This document shows, one piece after another, positions 18,401-32,382 of a stretch of 64,000 nucleotides of DNA; position 1 is the first letter of the stretch, and each line of letters starts with the position of its first letter. The position numbers and the translations under genes are program-made. Source of the stretch: Marsupella aquatica (Eukaryota; Plantae; Marchantiophyta); assembly GCA_973895155.1 (NCBI GenBank), contig OZ316892.1:4362510-4426509 (forward strand), read 5' to 3'. The notes beneath the pieces are model-generated. The model made no database searches. It saw only the letters and a program-made list of their open reading frames with translations, and was not told where the DNA came from.

Positions 18401-21400
18401 TAGTCAAAGGGAGCAATTGCCTCATTGAAGATGCTCACACCTTAGTCTTTTGTACCCCTTGATAAGCTCCAAGTTCATTCGAGATCTTTCTCCTAAGGAA
18501 AATGATCCTTCTGTCCAGAGCTGCGACGTTTACAGGTCGTTGCAAGCACTTTAGTTTACTGGCGTTGACAGGACAGTCTCAGGAGCAGACCTTGGTCAAA
18601 TCAGGGCAATGTTGATCAGTATTCTGAGTTGCTTGTTTCTTATGCTGATGGATTCAGGTCGGGCCCTGTGTATGGCATTACGTCTGTGCACAAGGCAGAA
18701 AGCTCAGCACAGATCAATGGGTTGCCTATGGCGCGTGGAGGGAGCAAGAGTGAGTCTGAGGGCATTCCAGCTGTTCCAGAGAGGGCTGAAAGAGTGTCTG
18801 TTCCAGACAGAGAGCGCACGGTTTCTAAGAATGGCACCAAGTAAGTTTCCCCACCAAATGACTGAGGTATTGTCGACGATTCGTCTAGAAACAATCACTG
18901 AAGTTTTGGCGTATACTGATCTCATTATCAGTTTTCCTGAATTCCCTCCAATTCTTTGGCAAGTTCATGTGGTGAGTGTTGCATCTACGGTTAAGTAACA
19001 TACGGGATGGACGAACTATGTTAAACTTTTGTGCTTGATCTGGCACGTAATCGATTATTTGCTCGATGGCCTTGCTCTTCTCCAATTATAGTCTTATCGT
19101 GTTGTGATCCTGGGCAGGCCACCTCCAATTCGAGAAGAAAGTCATCCAGGCAACCCTCCTGGGATTACGAAGACAAAGGCTGCTCGAGCACCAAGATCAA
19201 TTTCCTTTGGTGGAGGAGGTCCATCTTCCCATTTGGGACGATCTTCATCATTTGCTGAGAATCGTGAACGGCATCCACCACCTGCAAAGGCACAGGTGCA
19301 AACACAGCCGTCAGTGCCAGCGCCAGCGCCAGCACCAGCACCAGCACCAGCCCCGGCTCCAGCTCCCGCGCCCGCTGCTGCTCCAGCTCCAGCTCCAGCT
19401 CCCTCTGGCCCTGCAAATCGTAAGAGACCAGCACCCTCAAGGTCATCGTCACCACCAGCTCAGTGGGTCGGGCAGAGACCGCAGAAGATGGCTCGTGTAG
19501 CACGTAGGGTAAACCTAATGCCAGGTGCAACGTTAACACGCGAAGAGCCAAATGTGGTTGTTGAAGGGTCAGTGACGAGAGAAGGAATCGGTGCGAATCC
19601 AAGTGCAAGGCCCAGTCCAGGAGTGCCTACTGGATCAGGGGTTGCTAGAAGAGTGACAGGCTCGAGCACACATTCCCAGCCACCTAGCAAACCCAAAATC
19701 GAGAGAGTAACACCTTCTGTGGGACTCTCTGAAAGCGATGAATCAGAAGATGATGCTGAGAAAGCTAAGGAGAAAGTCAAGAAGCAAGCGGATTGGGAGC
19801 AGAAGCCGACTCCTCCAAGTCAAAAAATTGCGTGTCTGGTAGTCCCGGCTAAGAAAACTCGGGTTGTTACTAAAGAGGAAGGTGGAGATGGTGTACGTAG
19901 GCAAGGTCGGAGCGGAAGAGGTGCCGTTGCACCCAGAACAAGTGTTGTGAATCCCGTGGAGAAGGTTGAGGTTTCCGCAAATGCGAAGCAGCTGCGGAGT
20001 GTAAGAGTTGGCGCTGAAAAGCTTGATCGGTAAGTACTGCACTTATGTTTCCTATTAAAATGTCATAACCTTTGTCCCTATATCTGTATTGCCCATGCTT
20101 GATAACGTTGAATCGACGCATTTATGAGTGGACTTGTATACATGTCAGTGAAGCCATGTCTGGGTTGATTGAAAGGTGAGATGCCTGCTTCCCTCTCTGT
20201 TTGCAGTAGGTGTAAACATTGCTGTTGTGGGGGTTTGCTTGCAACCTCTTGAGAAATGATAAGCCTTTCTTTTGTGGAACTTCGCTTCATTCAGTCTGCC
20301 CTATTTCCGGAGGTGGACTTGTGCATAACCTGTTTTAACATTTAGAAGTCTTCAAGTACTGTTTGAATGGAGTGCACGGTGCAGATTTATGCCTTGTGCT
20401 TCTTGAAATTCTAGGATGCACTGGGATGCATATTATTTTTACTTGTCGACACAGTACTTGTGTTAGTTCTCATGTCCTGGTGTCAACAAGTGGAAATGGA
20501 ATTTCCCGTCTTCAAGGCTGTATTTAGTTTGTACTTTCGTTCATTTGTTCAAACTTTTGATGTGTCGTGAGTTTTGACGTTTTGCCGATTTCCTTAATAG
20601 TAGTGGGACAAGGGTTGTTTTTGAATACCGGGACAGTCCAACACTAGTCGCTGCATTGAGGCCTGCACCCACCCAGCATGAGATCTGCTTACCAGAACAG
20701 AAATAAGCAATAAAATTCAATAATGATGGAAGTGGGGAATTGATTGAAGGTCTAAATCGTCGATAAGATGTGGATTACGTGATTGACAATGGCTAGTTCA
20801 ATGTTACAGACTTGGTGGTCGACCCCCAACAAAGAAAGATTCTGTTGACCGCAAACCCATGACTAGACCACGGCGACCAGTTGGAAATGGCCTGTCTGAA
20901 ATCTCAGGTTTGGCTTCTTTTGAATCACACCGAAGTTTGGCAACTTTCTTTTCCCAATACCGTCCACGGCTGAAAAGGAAGAATGGCTACGTTGATAAAA
21001 CGATTGGCAACTGTGATAGGAAGGAGTCAATCCACAACACTCTCAGTTCAATCTTGCGACGGGTCTGCTTCCATTAGGATCATATGTGTGCTTGCACTAG
21101 ACAATTCCCAGGGTTAATCAGAAATCAGTGCAGACTTTGTGCTACATTCTTAATTATATTATTATGGGATCTTATTACGTTTGTACTTTGCAGGAGAGTC
21201 TGATGATGACCGGGAGGAGTTGGCTAATGCAATAAGGACAGCTGTGAATGCAAGCGGTGAGCTTTTGACTTCTTATACTTCCGCATTATCGTGTCGGATG
21301 AAGTGTACGAATGTTCCCCCGAAGCAACAGCATGCACTTTGCTTTCTTGAATTTCTCGATGTTTTGTGTTAACTGTAGAGAAGATCAGTCTACTTATGTG

Positions 21401-24400
21401 AATATGTCAATTTCATGTCAATGATTTGAAGCAACTGACTTAGTTCCTGATTGTTTCTGTCACTCAGATTTCTGTGGTATAGTGAGCTTTCTAGGCGATG
21501 GATGGAAGAAATCTAAATAAAGGTTTTCACTTCAGGAATTGAATTAAGGGTTTCCTTCTTTGATCTTACTTCCACTATCTTGGTACAGGAGTTGCCTGCT
21601 CGAACAGCTTCTGGAAGCAAGTGGAACCATACTTCGCATTTTTTACGTCAGCTGATCTGGTTTTCTTGAGGCAACAGGTATAGCCATTGGTTTCTAATTA
21701 TTGCATTGGGAGTGTTACTGAGCTCAACAAAGGCTTTGCTTGTCTTAAACAACTATGTATCTGACGATACCCGGTTTTTTAAGTAGAGGCTCCTCCATTG
21801 ACACATCTTGCGTTTTTGTAGGCTCGAGATCTTGAAGAAGGAGATCCAGTACTACAGATTCCTCCATGTGGTGCTCAACTTGGAAAGGTACACGTCGTGT
21901 TCTTGTGCATTCACATCTGATGTGAAGATGGCTCGTGAAGAGCATAAAGCGATGCCGGCCTCTTCTTGGAAGAAGTTCATTGTTTTTTACCGTATTGAAC
22001 AATGGTTGTCATCTGTGATAGTTCTTGATTTCTTAATATTCTCTTTTAGAGTACACGGGTACCAGGTGATGTGCATTGTGAGACGATGCAGTGGAAGAGG
22101 GACATATTTTTTGCCCTTCAGTTGTTTACTCCCCTTAGGATCCACTTGACTTCAAATGTTGGAGACAATTTGTTTGGAAGGCCTTACAGCTATTCGAGAT
22201 AATTGTGCAGACGGAGTTTATAATACCTTCTCCACCAGTGTCTCCAACTGTGGATCTTGGTGGTGGAAAGTCAATGAGTCTTGCCAACGGGAATATTGAA
22301 ACCGATGGTTCTGTGACGAAACTTTTCCACAATATGAAGGAGAAGCATGAAGTCGGGAAGGGAGGAAAACGAGGTGTAAGTGGTGGATGGTTTGATAAGA
22401 TTCTTCCTCTCTCACAAAGACTGTTGGCTGCGCTTATATACGAAGGTGATCTTGATGAGGGAAGGAGAGGTGGTGAAGCAACCTGTCAGGATGACTCCTC
22501 AGAAGGCCCCAGGGACGAGAGTCCTTTTCGTGGCAGTTTGAGTGGGAGTGAGCGAGTGGATGTTGACTCAGACGGTGATGTTGGAAGGCGTGACCTCGAG
22601 AGATGGAATTCCGGGGGTAGAGAAGCCTATAGGAACGAAGGGCTCTTATTACCAAATGGACATGGGAGCCGTTCAGGGTCAGCTATACAACGTGAGGATC
22701 TGGGCGGTGAAGGGGACGATATACTTGCTGCTGCAGAGGAGGACGCCATGAATTATGCGGATCAGCTGGAGATGGGTAACGGCGACGAGGTATTAGCAGG
22801 CAGTGGCATTGCTGGTAAGGAGGATCGTGGGATAAGATCATTTGGGACAGTAGCTGGACTAACAGCTTGGGAGACCCAGTATCAGCGAATGACGGTAGAT
22901 GAGCGGATTATGCTGGAATTGCAAAGTATTGGTTTGTTTCCTGAACCAGTGGTGAGCAGCAAGAAACCTTCTCATACTTTCATCTCCTTGCAGGCCAACA
23001 ATTACTGCAGCTTGGTTGAGAGAATTAATTTAATTATCTGATTGATGTGACGCTCTTCTACGTCATTTAGTTCTTTGATATTCTGAATTAGAAGTCTTGA
23101 AATTTTCTTTCCTTCGCCAAGGTCATTCCAAAGTGTCAGTAGAAAGAATTGAAGCCGGAATGTGACGATGCATGGCTTCCACACTTGTTTGACCAATCTA
23201 CTACGGAGTATTGACAGCAATTCAGTGCTAGATTAGCTGCATCAGGGTTTGACAATGTATGACATGAACAATGTTACAATGGGCAGCGAAGTTCTCTGTT
23301 GATGATTTCCAAGTTTTGTTCTCTTAAAGCATTACAAGTGAATGATTGGACATACTTCGTATTTAGGCCTTTCCGGGTTGTAGGATCTTTAATTCCCGTG
23401 ACCATTTAATGTAACGAGATTCTTCTAGATTCACTCACTATAAAGCCATGCATCAAAAGGTAACTGACAATTTTTTCTTGCATGGTTGTTCTTGTAGCAG
23501 CCAGATCTTGCTCATAGAGAAGATGATGAAATTAGCGAGGAGCTCCGCAAATTGCAGCGGGAACTGAAAGAGCAGGTAGTTCCCAGTTCTCCATTTTGTC
23601 GGAGAACTATTGATCACGACTTATCTGGGTGACCTACGGCGAAGTTGCTTAGTTGACACCTACAAATCCCACTGAACGTTTAGGGTCGAATGATTTGTTT
23701 CACGGTTCAATTACAATTTGATAAGGTGATAGAAAGTACACCCATTGGCATGACAATCCAGTGATTGTTCCGTGAACTTCACAGAAACTTCACAGAAACA
23801 TCTTTTGCGTTAGAGTAGGAGGAGCATATGATTTTGTCGCCCTGAGATCCTAGGTGTGTCAACCATCTCCTCATAAGTTATCACTTTGACACGACCTTCG
23901 GATTGGCAATGGCAGGTTTCTACAAACAAGGACCGTGTAAGCAATTTGGAGAAGATTTTGTTTTTGAGGAAGGAGAAGGAAGAGAGGTGGGGTTCGAGAA
24001 TTATTGTCTTATATGTTTACAGATGGTCACGATTGTTCCTTAGACTCGTCTGAGGACATGAACAATAGGAGAACAACTTAGTAGACTGGGAAGATGCCGT
24101 AAGAATGTTTGCTGCAGTACAGAGTTTTTGTGTTGGAAATTATCTGAAAAAGCGCGTTTGGAAAAATGAACTGCAGAGATCGGGAACGGTTTGCAGTTGA
24201 AAAACTTGTCGAGAGGGCCTACTCTAGACGAATGGTAATATTCTTCGTCGATTTTGTTACAGCTTACTTCTGCGTTACTGTCACTTTTCAAACGCGAGGG
24301 TTCCTGATCATGTGTATGCGTAGTTGAAATACATTTATTTTTCGCACAGCTAGTAATTTTAAGTCGTTCTAGTGCAAAGTATGCTCCTCTGTGGTAGTCC

Positions 24401-25903
24401 TCACTAACTGAAAACCGCGGAAGGTGTGACGCGTGTGACTTCTGTCGTCAAGCTTTCATCTTGCCACCCAGTAGAGCATTTCTGTTCATATATGCACTTC
24501 CTAACTTGAATAGAAAGAGCATAAAGGGTAAGAGGGCATTACCAATAATGAGGCTCTTGATAGCAGGTACTTCTCTTTAAGAATATGGAGGACTCAGGAT
24601 GGGTATGAAAATTGGGATTCACATGATGTATTTTTCTTGTGGTGGTCATGTTTTTTGGTTCAGGGTTCGCGTGGTAGTGCTGGGAAGAGTGCTGCAGCTA
24701 AAGGAGCCAAAAGTGCAGGTTTAGCCTTTGCCAAGAGGGTTGTGGCCAGGGTACGAGCGTACGAAGGTGGCCAGAGCATTTTTGATGCCTCACTTAGGGA
24801 CCTTCTCTTCTGCGTGGCTCCTAAAGAGAGTGAAAGCAGCATGGTTCTGAGTGGTGGTCTTGAAGGGAGTGCACCTGCTACCGCACTTACCGGCGAAGCT
24901 GCGGCCGTCAACAGTGCGGTTCTTCAGCCTCCCAAACCAGCAGGTTTGTATTCTTCATGTAGCTGTCAAATAAGTTTTGGATGTCGTTTCAGTCATCTGC
25001 GACCATATTTAGCCTGCAGTGAAAGTTTTTCTTGCTGTCATCTGTTTTTTTTTGGGTAGAACCTCATGGTAAGTCCACACCTGGTGACGTGTACGATGTA
25101 CTTCGCCTCTTAGCTTTGAGCTGATGGTCATAATCGTTCCTACAGCACTTCTGTCAAATGAAGTTTCAGGAGTGCGTCCTGTGGTGCGACGGACGGATGT
25201 GAAATCAGAGAAGGATATCCCAGATAGTAAGCAGCAACCCGTGCATCCATTAGCAGATCGTGGAAGAGTAAAGGAGGATGGGTGGCCCTTGCGGGCTAAA
25301 GAACGCGACGTGCTACTTGAGGATGCTGTTGGAGTTTCTGGCACGCGAGATGTCAATGCTCTCGGAGCCAATGTCATGGGTGGGACGAAGGGTAAGAGGA
25401 GTGAGCGTGACAGGGATGGGAAAGGACATGGTAAAGAGAGTCACGCTCGAAGTGACAGTTCTAAGGGTTCCCGGCAGGAGGCGGGGAGTGTGAAACCCGA
25501 AAGGAAGACCAAAACCAAACCTAGACAGAAGACTGCTCCATTATCAAAGGCAGTAAACGGCCTCTTAGCGAAGCCTACTCCTGAACCCGTTAAAGATCGG
25601 ACCACCGCCACATCCACTTTTCAACAATCGGTTGGGCCGGCAAAGCCAAAGGACGAGGTCCCAGTGGTGCCTTCTTTGGGTATCCCGGGTCCAATTCCTG
25701 AGACTGATGATGTTCTTCTGTCAAATATCCCAATTCCAGGGATAGAAGACTTGGGCGTAACTGATTTGGGTGGACAAGGGCAAGATTTGGGAGCTTGGTT
25801 GCAAGACTTCGATGAAGATGCTCCTATGAATACAGACGGCGACTGCCTCATGGGTCTGCAGGTCCCAATGGATGATCTATCAGATCTTGGGTTGATGATG
25901 TAA
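15424..25903 (+). CDS. ADA3: Plant ADA3-like SAGA/HAT-module subunit (family of Arabidopsis At4g29790/At2g19390/At5g22450), 15 coding exons
   Basis: GT-AG exons, approximately 15424-15869, 16115-16425, 17652-17980, 18658-18840, 19118-20029, 20810-20907, 21194-21256, 21589-21677, 21822-21887, 22211-22951, 23501-23575, 23916-23986, 24177-24234, 24664-24943, 25146-25903. Family motifs recalled from plant homologues: EELRRIKASL..KARER, WVGQRPQKMARVARR.NL, GDGVRRQGRSGRG, ESDDDREEL, FWKQVEPYF, PLSQRLLAALI, DERIMLELQSIGLFPE, GGTKGKRSERDRDGKG, ERKTKTKPRQKTA, C-terminal GLQVPMDDLSDL. The symbol rests on family recall. Confidence 0.82.
19316..19403 (+). repeat. Coding hexamer repeat encoding a (Pro-Ala)n tract
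   Basis: ccagcn/ccggct units translate as PAPAPAPAPAPAPAPAPAAAPAPAPAP in exon 5 of the ADA3-like gene. Confidence 0.9.
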
Positions 25904-28805
25904 CGATGTGCACTTCGCAGGAGGGCTCATGTAGCTTCTACATTGTAGAAACTATCTGCACCATGGTTGGAGGGCTGCAAGGTCCTTACAATCCGAGAAG
26001 AAGCTATAGGGTCCCTTGGTAGTTGGGGTTAGACAGAAGCAGAATAATCAATGGCCTCATGTTAATAGTTAGGGATTCGTACTGTAAGATCGCTTACACG
26101 GAATTCTTTTGAGACAGCCTTATGTAATTGTTAGGCATCGCTGTTGAGAGCTGCAGGCAGTGTAGCAGTTCGTGGAGAGGAAGACTGAGGTGGCCCACCA
26201 ATTAGCATAGCCACACCCTCCCTTGTATCAAAGTCTCAAACTCATCGTTCATTCACTTGTACAAGTGCTTTTAAACATCCTTTTGAACATCCTGGGTAGG
26301 CAGCAACATTGGCACCCTGTTAGAGGGTCCAATTGTCAACCTGATTGTCGGTTGCTTTAGTATGCCCACCATCCTACTCCGGATCGTCAATAATAGCTTG
26401 AACATGTTAACTCATTCTGGTCATCTTCAGACTTCACACACACGCTTGTGTTGTAGTCATTTATGGGTTTTGGACCTGGACATGTTCATATTTACTCACA
26501 TGGCAGAAGTTGTGAAGTCAGCCATTGACTTAAACTCGTGACAAGTCACACATCATTGGGGTATTATTGGAGTTCACTTTGTTCTCTGGTAAGAGCTCGA
26601 CACTCCAGTTTGGCTGAAAACTCAAGTTGGATACTGCTATAAAGGTTGTACAGAAATGATTCTGTGTGTAAACTTCAGTGATCCTTGGTGTTTGATGTTG
26701 GAACTAGCAATGAATCGTGCAATTCTTGTCTTTCTGTAACTCGCGACTGCAGTACCGGTGGTTGGCTGACCCACTGACCGTAATTGTAGACACAGATGGT
26801 GGTTGGTTGGTGCTACTTTTAGTTGCTGGTTTTGTCCATGAGTCTTCCTGTGCAGGTATAAACAGCCTCATGAGTCGTCCACAGCATCACACCCTGTTTC
26901 ATCTCTTTCAGGTGGAGCTATATGTCATGCATGGTGGTACAATGCAAGCCAGTTTTATGAGTTGTTTTGTCGTGATCTAACAATAGTCTATCTACTTGAT
27001 GTCGAGGTACCTTTTCTGGAGGTATACTGCTCACACAGATAGTTCGTTTGTAATGTCTATGGGAGATCCTTCACTTTCTTGTTAAGAATCTAAGGTGTGG
27101 ATTGCGCAAAATCGCCAGTGGTCAAAGGTGATAGATCGTAGATAAATTTGAACTTCAAAGCTGGATTGATGCAGTATGTGCCTATTCTTTCTACTTTTGG
27201 TCCAGGTTTGATATATCCTCACCCTTACTTTTTCTCCCATCTTTGAGTCGAATCATGTCGGAAGTGCTGCAGGATAGGATGTCAGTTCAATATATAATCT
27301 TGAATCTGTCCCAGTTAGTTCAGTGCAAAGGTAGCTATATTGCAGGAAGAAAGCGATGAATAGTGAGTCTATGCATTTCGAAATGTTCTTAATTTTCGGT
27401 CTCTGTTATTATTTTGACTCGAAAGTTCTGAACAAGGAAGAAACTCGTCAGAGTTGCCTCCTTTAGTCCTGGAGACTAGTAGGTTACTTCATGGGAACCA
27501 GGTGTTTGGAAAGGTTATCCGAAGTGATCTTTGGCACAGCCTTGGAAGGCAGCTATATTTTATTGAGTTTGGTTGGAGAGTATTGATAAGCGTTGTGTGT
27601 ATATTCCCAAACCGAATTATAGAATTTCATCCCTGACAAGGGTGTGATATTGAAGAAGGCAATTCATAAGCTCTCCAGTTTTTGGGCCAAATCGTCCTTT
27701 GAGGTTGTCATTCAAATACAGATAAGGTTGTCATTTATTTGTTGTTTAAAATATTTTATATTTCCTGCAGTTTCTCAGTAGCAGATAATTAAGTGCCACC
27801 TGAATTGTATTTGATTGCCTGCACCTATTTGAGGTTGATCAGGTGGCAATGTTGCTGCTGGATTGAATAAAGTATGTCTTTGAGGTTGGGTGTAAGGGGA
27901 TAGCTTGATCGGGGTTGGACTGATCTGAGGTTCATTGTGAGTCTGTTGGAGCTAGGTGTCTTGAGGATTGAATCCACTGTGAGTGACCTTCGCCGTCCAA
28001 CGCGAATTGCAGCCTGCGTCTTACAAAACTTCCGGTTTGTGGGTCCTGTGCTGTGGATATGAGGGTCCTTTTACTTAGAGATATGAAAACATAAAAATTG
28101 TTTGGGAGATGATATCCTCCACCTCTCCAACAATGTTTCACGAGAAAGATTTGGGTGGTCTGGCTGAGCTCTTACGTCCTGCACTGACAAGGGCAGCGTG
28201 TTTGGATGGCTGAAATAGAGTGGTAAGACATCTGTGGATGGACTGCAGCAACGCCTTCGATAGTTCAATTTTTTTTCTCAGCAATTCGCGAGCGAGGTCA
28301 TTTTGGTCCTCCCAGGTAGAACATCAAGCAAGTTAATTTGATGAAGTGTCGGACATAGTGTTATCTGAAGACTCTTATCACTTTAAACGAAAGGATTTTA
28401 CTATAAATTTGTGTCATCCTGCATTAAATGTGGAAGTTTTCAAGGATCCCATCCAAGCTTACAATCAATCTGACCGAAAGTGTTTTGACATGGAAATACC
28501 TGCAACTAAGTATGCACTTTTTTCTTTTTACAAGAAAGCTTTTGAGGCAAAATAATATCTTCAAAAACGATAAAGGATGGTGTTACTAGTCCTAGGTTTT
28601 CTATATTTAATCCCTAAAGCGAGAAGATCTGAAGAGCAAGCATTCACATACTTATCAAGAAAAACTAATGCAATGCAAGAGAAGCCATCCACGGGAAACT
28701 TTACCTTTTAGCTAAACACGCCCTGGTAGGCTCTACATGAAAGAATCACGAAGTGGAAGGGGCGCAAATCTGCATTGATGAAATCTAGCATAAGACTACT
28801 GTAGC

Positions 28806-28976
28806 TGTGAAAAACTTATCTGTGTCAAAGTCTAAATGAGAATGAGCCCGTGTATAGTCATGAATGTGTCAAAGTCTAAATGAGAATGAGCCCGTGTATA
28901 GTCATGAATGAGAGTACATATAGGGTGGTCGGATGATCGGCTGGTCCGGTCGTCCCGTCAGAGGTAGAGTCTAACA
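28806..28976 (-). repeat. Probable 3' LTR of the Bianca-like element, containing a 44-bp tandem duplication
   Basis: Begins TGTTAG (minus) next to the PPT. The distal end at TTCACA (28806) is tentative. tgtgtcaaagtctaaatgagaatgagcccgtgtatagtcatgaa is repeated exactly at 28821-28864 and 28865-28908. Confidence 0.6.
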
Positions 28977-29356
28977 CTCCCCTTTGGATATATAGTGATA
29001 ACTACATAGACAACATAAATTATACCTATCATATCATGTTCATAGAAAATACATGATATAAGTACAAGCGAGGTAGACTGTCTCGTTAAAAAACTTTTAT
29101 CACTTCTAGCTTAGTAAAAACTCTACCAGTGTAACAGAGAAAAATATGAATGCTAAAGGAAAAAGAGTGTCGCCTAACAGTCCTCGTCGTAATAAATGTC
29201 AATATTAAATAAAGTTAGATGTTATGGCAAATCTAGTTTTAATATCTGTCTCAATAGTGGGTCGTCAGCATCATGTCGTCAGTAGCATCAATCATCATGT
29301 GGAGTAGTAGCCTTCACGGTCATCATGCGTCGTACGCTCCGCAGTCCAATCGTCTG

Positions 29357-32350
29357 TCAGTGTCGGTGATGAACTGATGGTGGTAGTGATTTGGTGAAGA
29401 GATCTGCACAGTTGTCTGCACTTGAAATCTGCAAAATGTTGATCTCTTTTCCATGTAACTCGTGGGTGTAGAAATTTGGAGCGATATGCTTCACGCGATC
29501 GCCTTTGATGAATCCTTTCGTGATCTGCTGTATACATGCTACGTTATCCTCAAAAATGTTAGTAGGCTTCGTTAGTGGTGGTAGGCCGCATTTGATGTTG
29601 ATGTGGTTTATAAAGGATCGTAACGAAACGGCTTCACGACTAGCCTCATGTAGAGCTAAAATTTCTGAGTGATTCGGTGAGGTTGCTGTTAGGGTCTGTT
29701 TCACGCTTTTCCAAGAAAAAGTGGTACCCCCTATGGTAAAAACATATCCGGTTTGGGATTTTGCGGTGTCGGTGTCGGAAAGATATCCGGCATCCGCATA
29801 TCCTATGAGCTCGTGGTTTGCACCGAATGGGTAAAATAACCCGGTATCGGTGGTTCCACGTAGATATCTAAATACGTGTTTAACTCCATTCCAGTGTCTG
29901 GCTGTGGGAGTTGCACTATGTCTAGCTAGTAAGTTAACTGCAAATGCAATGTCTAGTCGTGTCTGATTTGCTAGATACATTAATGCTCCTATCGTAGAAA
30001 GATACGGAGTTTCTGGTCCTAATATTGGTTCATGTTCTTCGCGCTTGCGAAAAACATCAGTATTGTTTTCTAATGAACGTACAACCATTGGTGACGTCAA
30101 TGGGTGTGCTAGGTTCATATTGAACTGTTTTAGGATCTTTTCGATTTGTGTAGTTTGGTGGAGCATCATGCCAGTAGGTAAGATCTCCAGTTGTAATCCT
30201 AAGCAAAAGTTTGTATGTCCAAGGTCTTTCATATCAAATGTTGATTTAAGGCGAGTAATAGTATCTTCGGTAATTTGGGGTGTCCCAAATATGTTTAAGT
30301 CATCAACATAGATAGAAACGATGACATATTCGTCATCCATATGTTTAATAAATAAACATGGGGTAATTGCATCATGGGAAAATCCCATGGCAATCATTTC
30401 ATCAGTAAATCTTTGATACCATACTCTGTCACTTTGTTTCAGGCCATATAATGCCTTCAACACGCGGATAGCTAGTCCGCGGCGAGTATTCCGTACGGTT
30501 GACACAACAGTGTCGTTATTATGAGTTACATGTGTAGATGACACATGGGGTGTAACTTGAGATAGTTGTTTTATAATCTTATGTAAATATGGGATATGCA
30601 ATTTAGCACCTTGAGCTAAAGCTCGGCGGCGTTGCTCCAACTCGGGAGGTGATCGCATGTATAGACAAGTGTCTAAAGTTCCATATAGATATGCGGTCGC
30701 AACATCCAGTTGTCGCATTTGTAGTTTATGGAAAATGGCAAATCCGATAAGGTATCGGAATGTTGTGCTATCCATAACCGGTGAGTAAGTTTCATCGTAA
30801 TGAATTCTCGGTTGTTGGGTAAATCCTTTTCCTACCAGACGTGCTTTGTAGCGTACAACTTGGCCTTTATCATTTCTTTTGCGGACGAATGTCCACTTGT
30901 AGCCAATGAGGTGTACGTCTTGCAGTGTTGGCTCAACTGGGCCAAAAGTGTGTCTGCTTAGTAGGGAATCTAATTCTCCGTTGATAGCTTTTTGCCATTC
31001 AGGCCAATCTGGTCTATTTTGGCATTCTAAGATGGATATTGGTTCGGGTGTTTCGTCTGTGATATGTGTTGCCACCATTAATGCAAAAGCATCATCTATT
31101 GAAGTAGTATTTCTATCCCACATCTCACCGGTGTGTGCGTAGTGGATAGAAATCTCCTCATGAGTTGTGGATTCGTTATGATCGACATCAGGTGAAGGTG
31201 GTATAGATAAACCGCATCTTCTTGGTTATTTATCCTTTGATCCCAAAGGTCTGCCACGTTTGGCACAAGGTTGGGATGTACTTGCTGGCTCACTTGATAA
31301 TTTGATGCGAGCAGATGCTCTCGCAGCTGGAATATGTGAGCGGCTAATTTGTGATGTATCGACGAAAGCGTCGGGAAGTTCTTCCACAATCTTGTGGAGT
31401 TGTAAAATTCGTTGAACTTCTTTCTCCCCTTGATTGGTTCGAAGGTCTTGCCAAAATGGCGAATGTCTTTCCCACTCCAAAGGTGGTTGTGGGTGTTTAG
31501 GGGTTATTAATGATGGATAAACATGTTCATCAAAATGGCAATCTAGGAATCTAGATTTAAAGACGTTGCCAGTTGTATGGACGGAGAGTCGAATCCGATG
31601 TCCCCAACTGTCGTTGGGGTCCCATCTTGGTTTGTTTGGGTGGAGTAATGGGGACCATTACTTGACATCCAAATGAACGAAGGTGGGATAGGTCAGGTTT
31701 AATACCATTAGCAATTTGGTATGGGCTATAGGTATTAGAAGCCGATGGGCGGTATTGGATTAATGCATTAGCCTGTAATATGGCATGTCCCCATGCTGAG
31801 ACGAGGAGTTTTGACTGCATTAGTAATGGGCGTGCAATTAACTGGAGGCATTTAATGGCCGCTTCAGCTAATCCGTTCTGAAAATGCACGTGAGGTACAG
31901 GATATTGTACGTCGATGCCAAGTGATGTACAAAAGTCGTCAAATGTTTCCGATGTGAATTCCCCTGCATTTGTCCACCCTTGGTGTCTTAATGGGGTGAT
32001 CTGGGAATTGTGCTTTCACGCACAAGATTTGCACCAAAATGCGAGGCATAACTATGTTCCTCGTTGAAAGTAGTGTCACATTTGACCATTTAGTTGATGC
32101 GTCGATTAATACCATAAAGTAGCGGAAAGGTCCGCTCGGTGGGTTAATTGGCCCACAAACATCTGCATGGATTATTTCCAAGAATTGGGGTATTTTAGTT
32201 GGCAATTTTGATGCCATGGGCCTTGTTATTAGTTTGCCGCGTGAGCATGCAGTGCATGGGGTGCTCGCTGGAATGTGGCGTGTATTGATTGGAATGCCTC
32301 TTGAATTCTTAATGATTTTGGTTAGCATTGATTGGCCGGGGTGGCCGAGG
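29357..32350 (-). pseudogene. Frameshifted pol polyprotein remnant (integrase-RT-RNase H)
   Basis: Domains are split over ORFs 31939-32328, 31557-31889, 31226-31480 and 29357-31123 by stops and frameshifts. The RNase H end is also frameshifted (~29480). Confidence 0.9.
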
Positions 32351-32382
32351 CATTTCTTTAATAATTTTCCTCGTAGGGGTAT

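Larger units (their letters stand above)
28806..32352 (-). mobile_element. Ty1/copia LTR retrotransposon, Bianca-like, 5'-truncated (no gag, protease or 5' LTR)
   Basis: Minus strand order: LGHPG GAG-pre-integrase, integrase (IHADVCGPINPPSGPFRYFMVLIDASTKWS..LLSTRN, QNGLAEAAIK.LQLIARPLLM), RT (RYKARLVGKGFTQ, LYGLKQS, IYVDDL), RNase H (GYADAG, EDN, ADLFTKSL). A purine tract (+ strand ctcccctttgg, 28977-28987) abuts the TGTTAG LTR start at 28976. Homology stops abruptly at ~32352. Confidence 0.9.
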
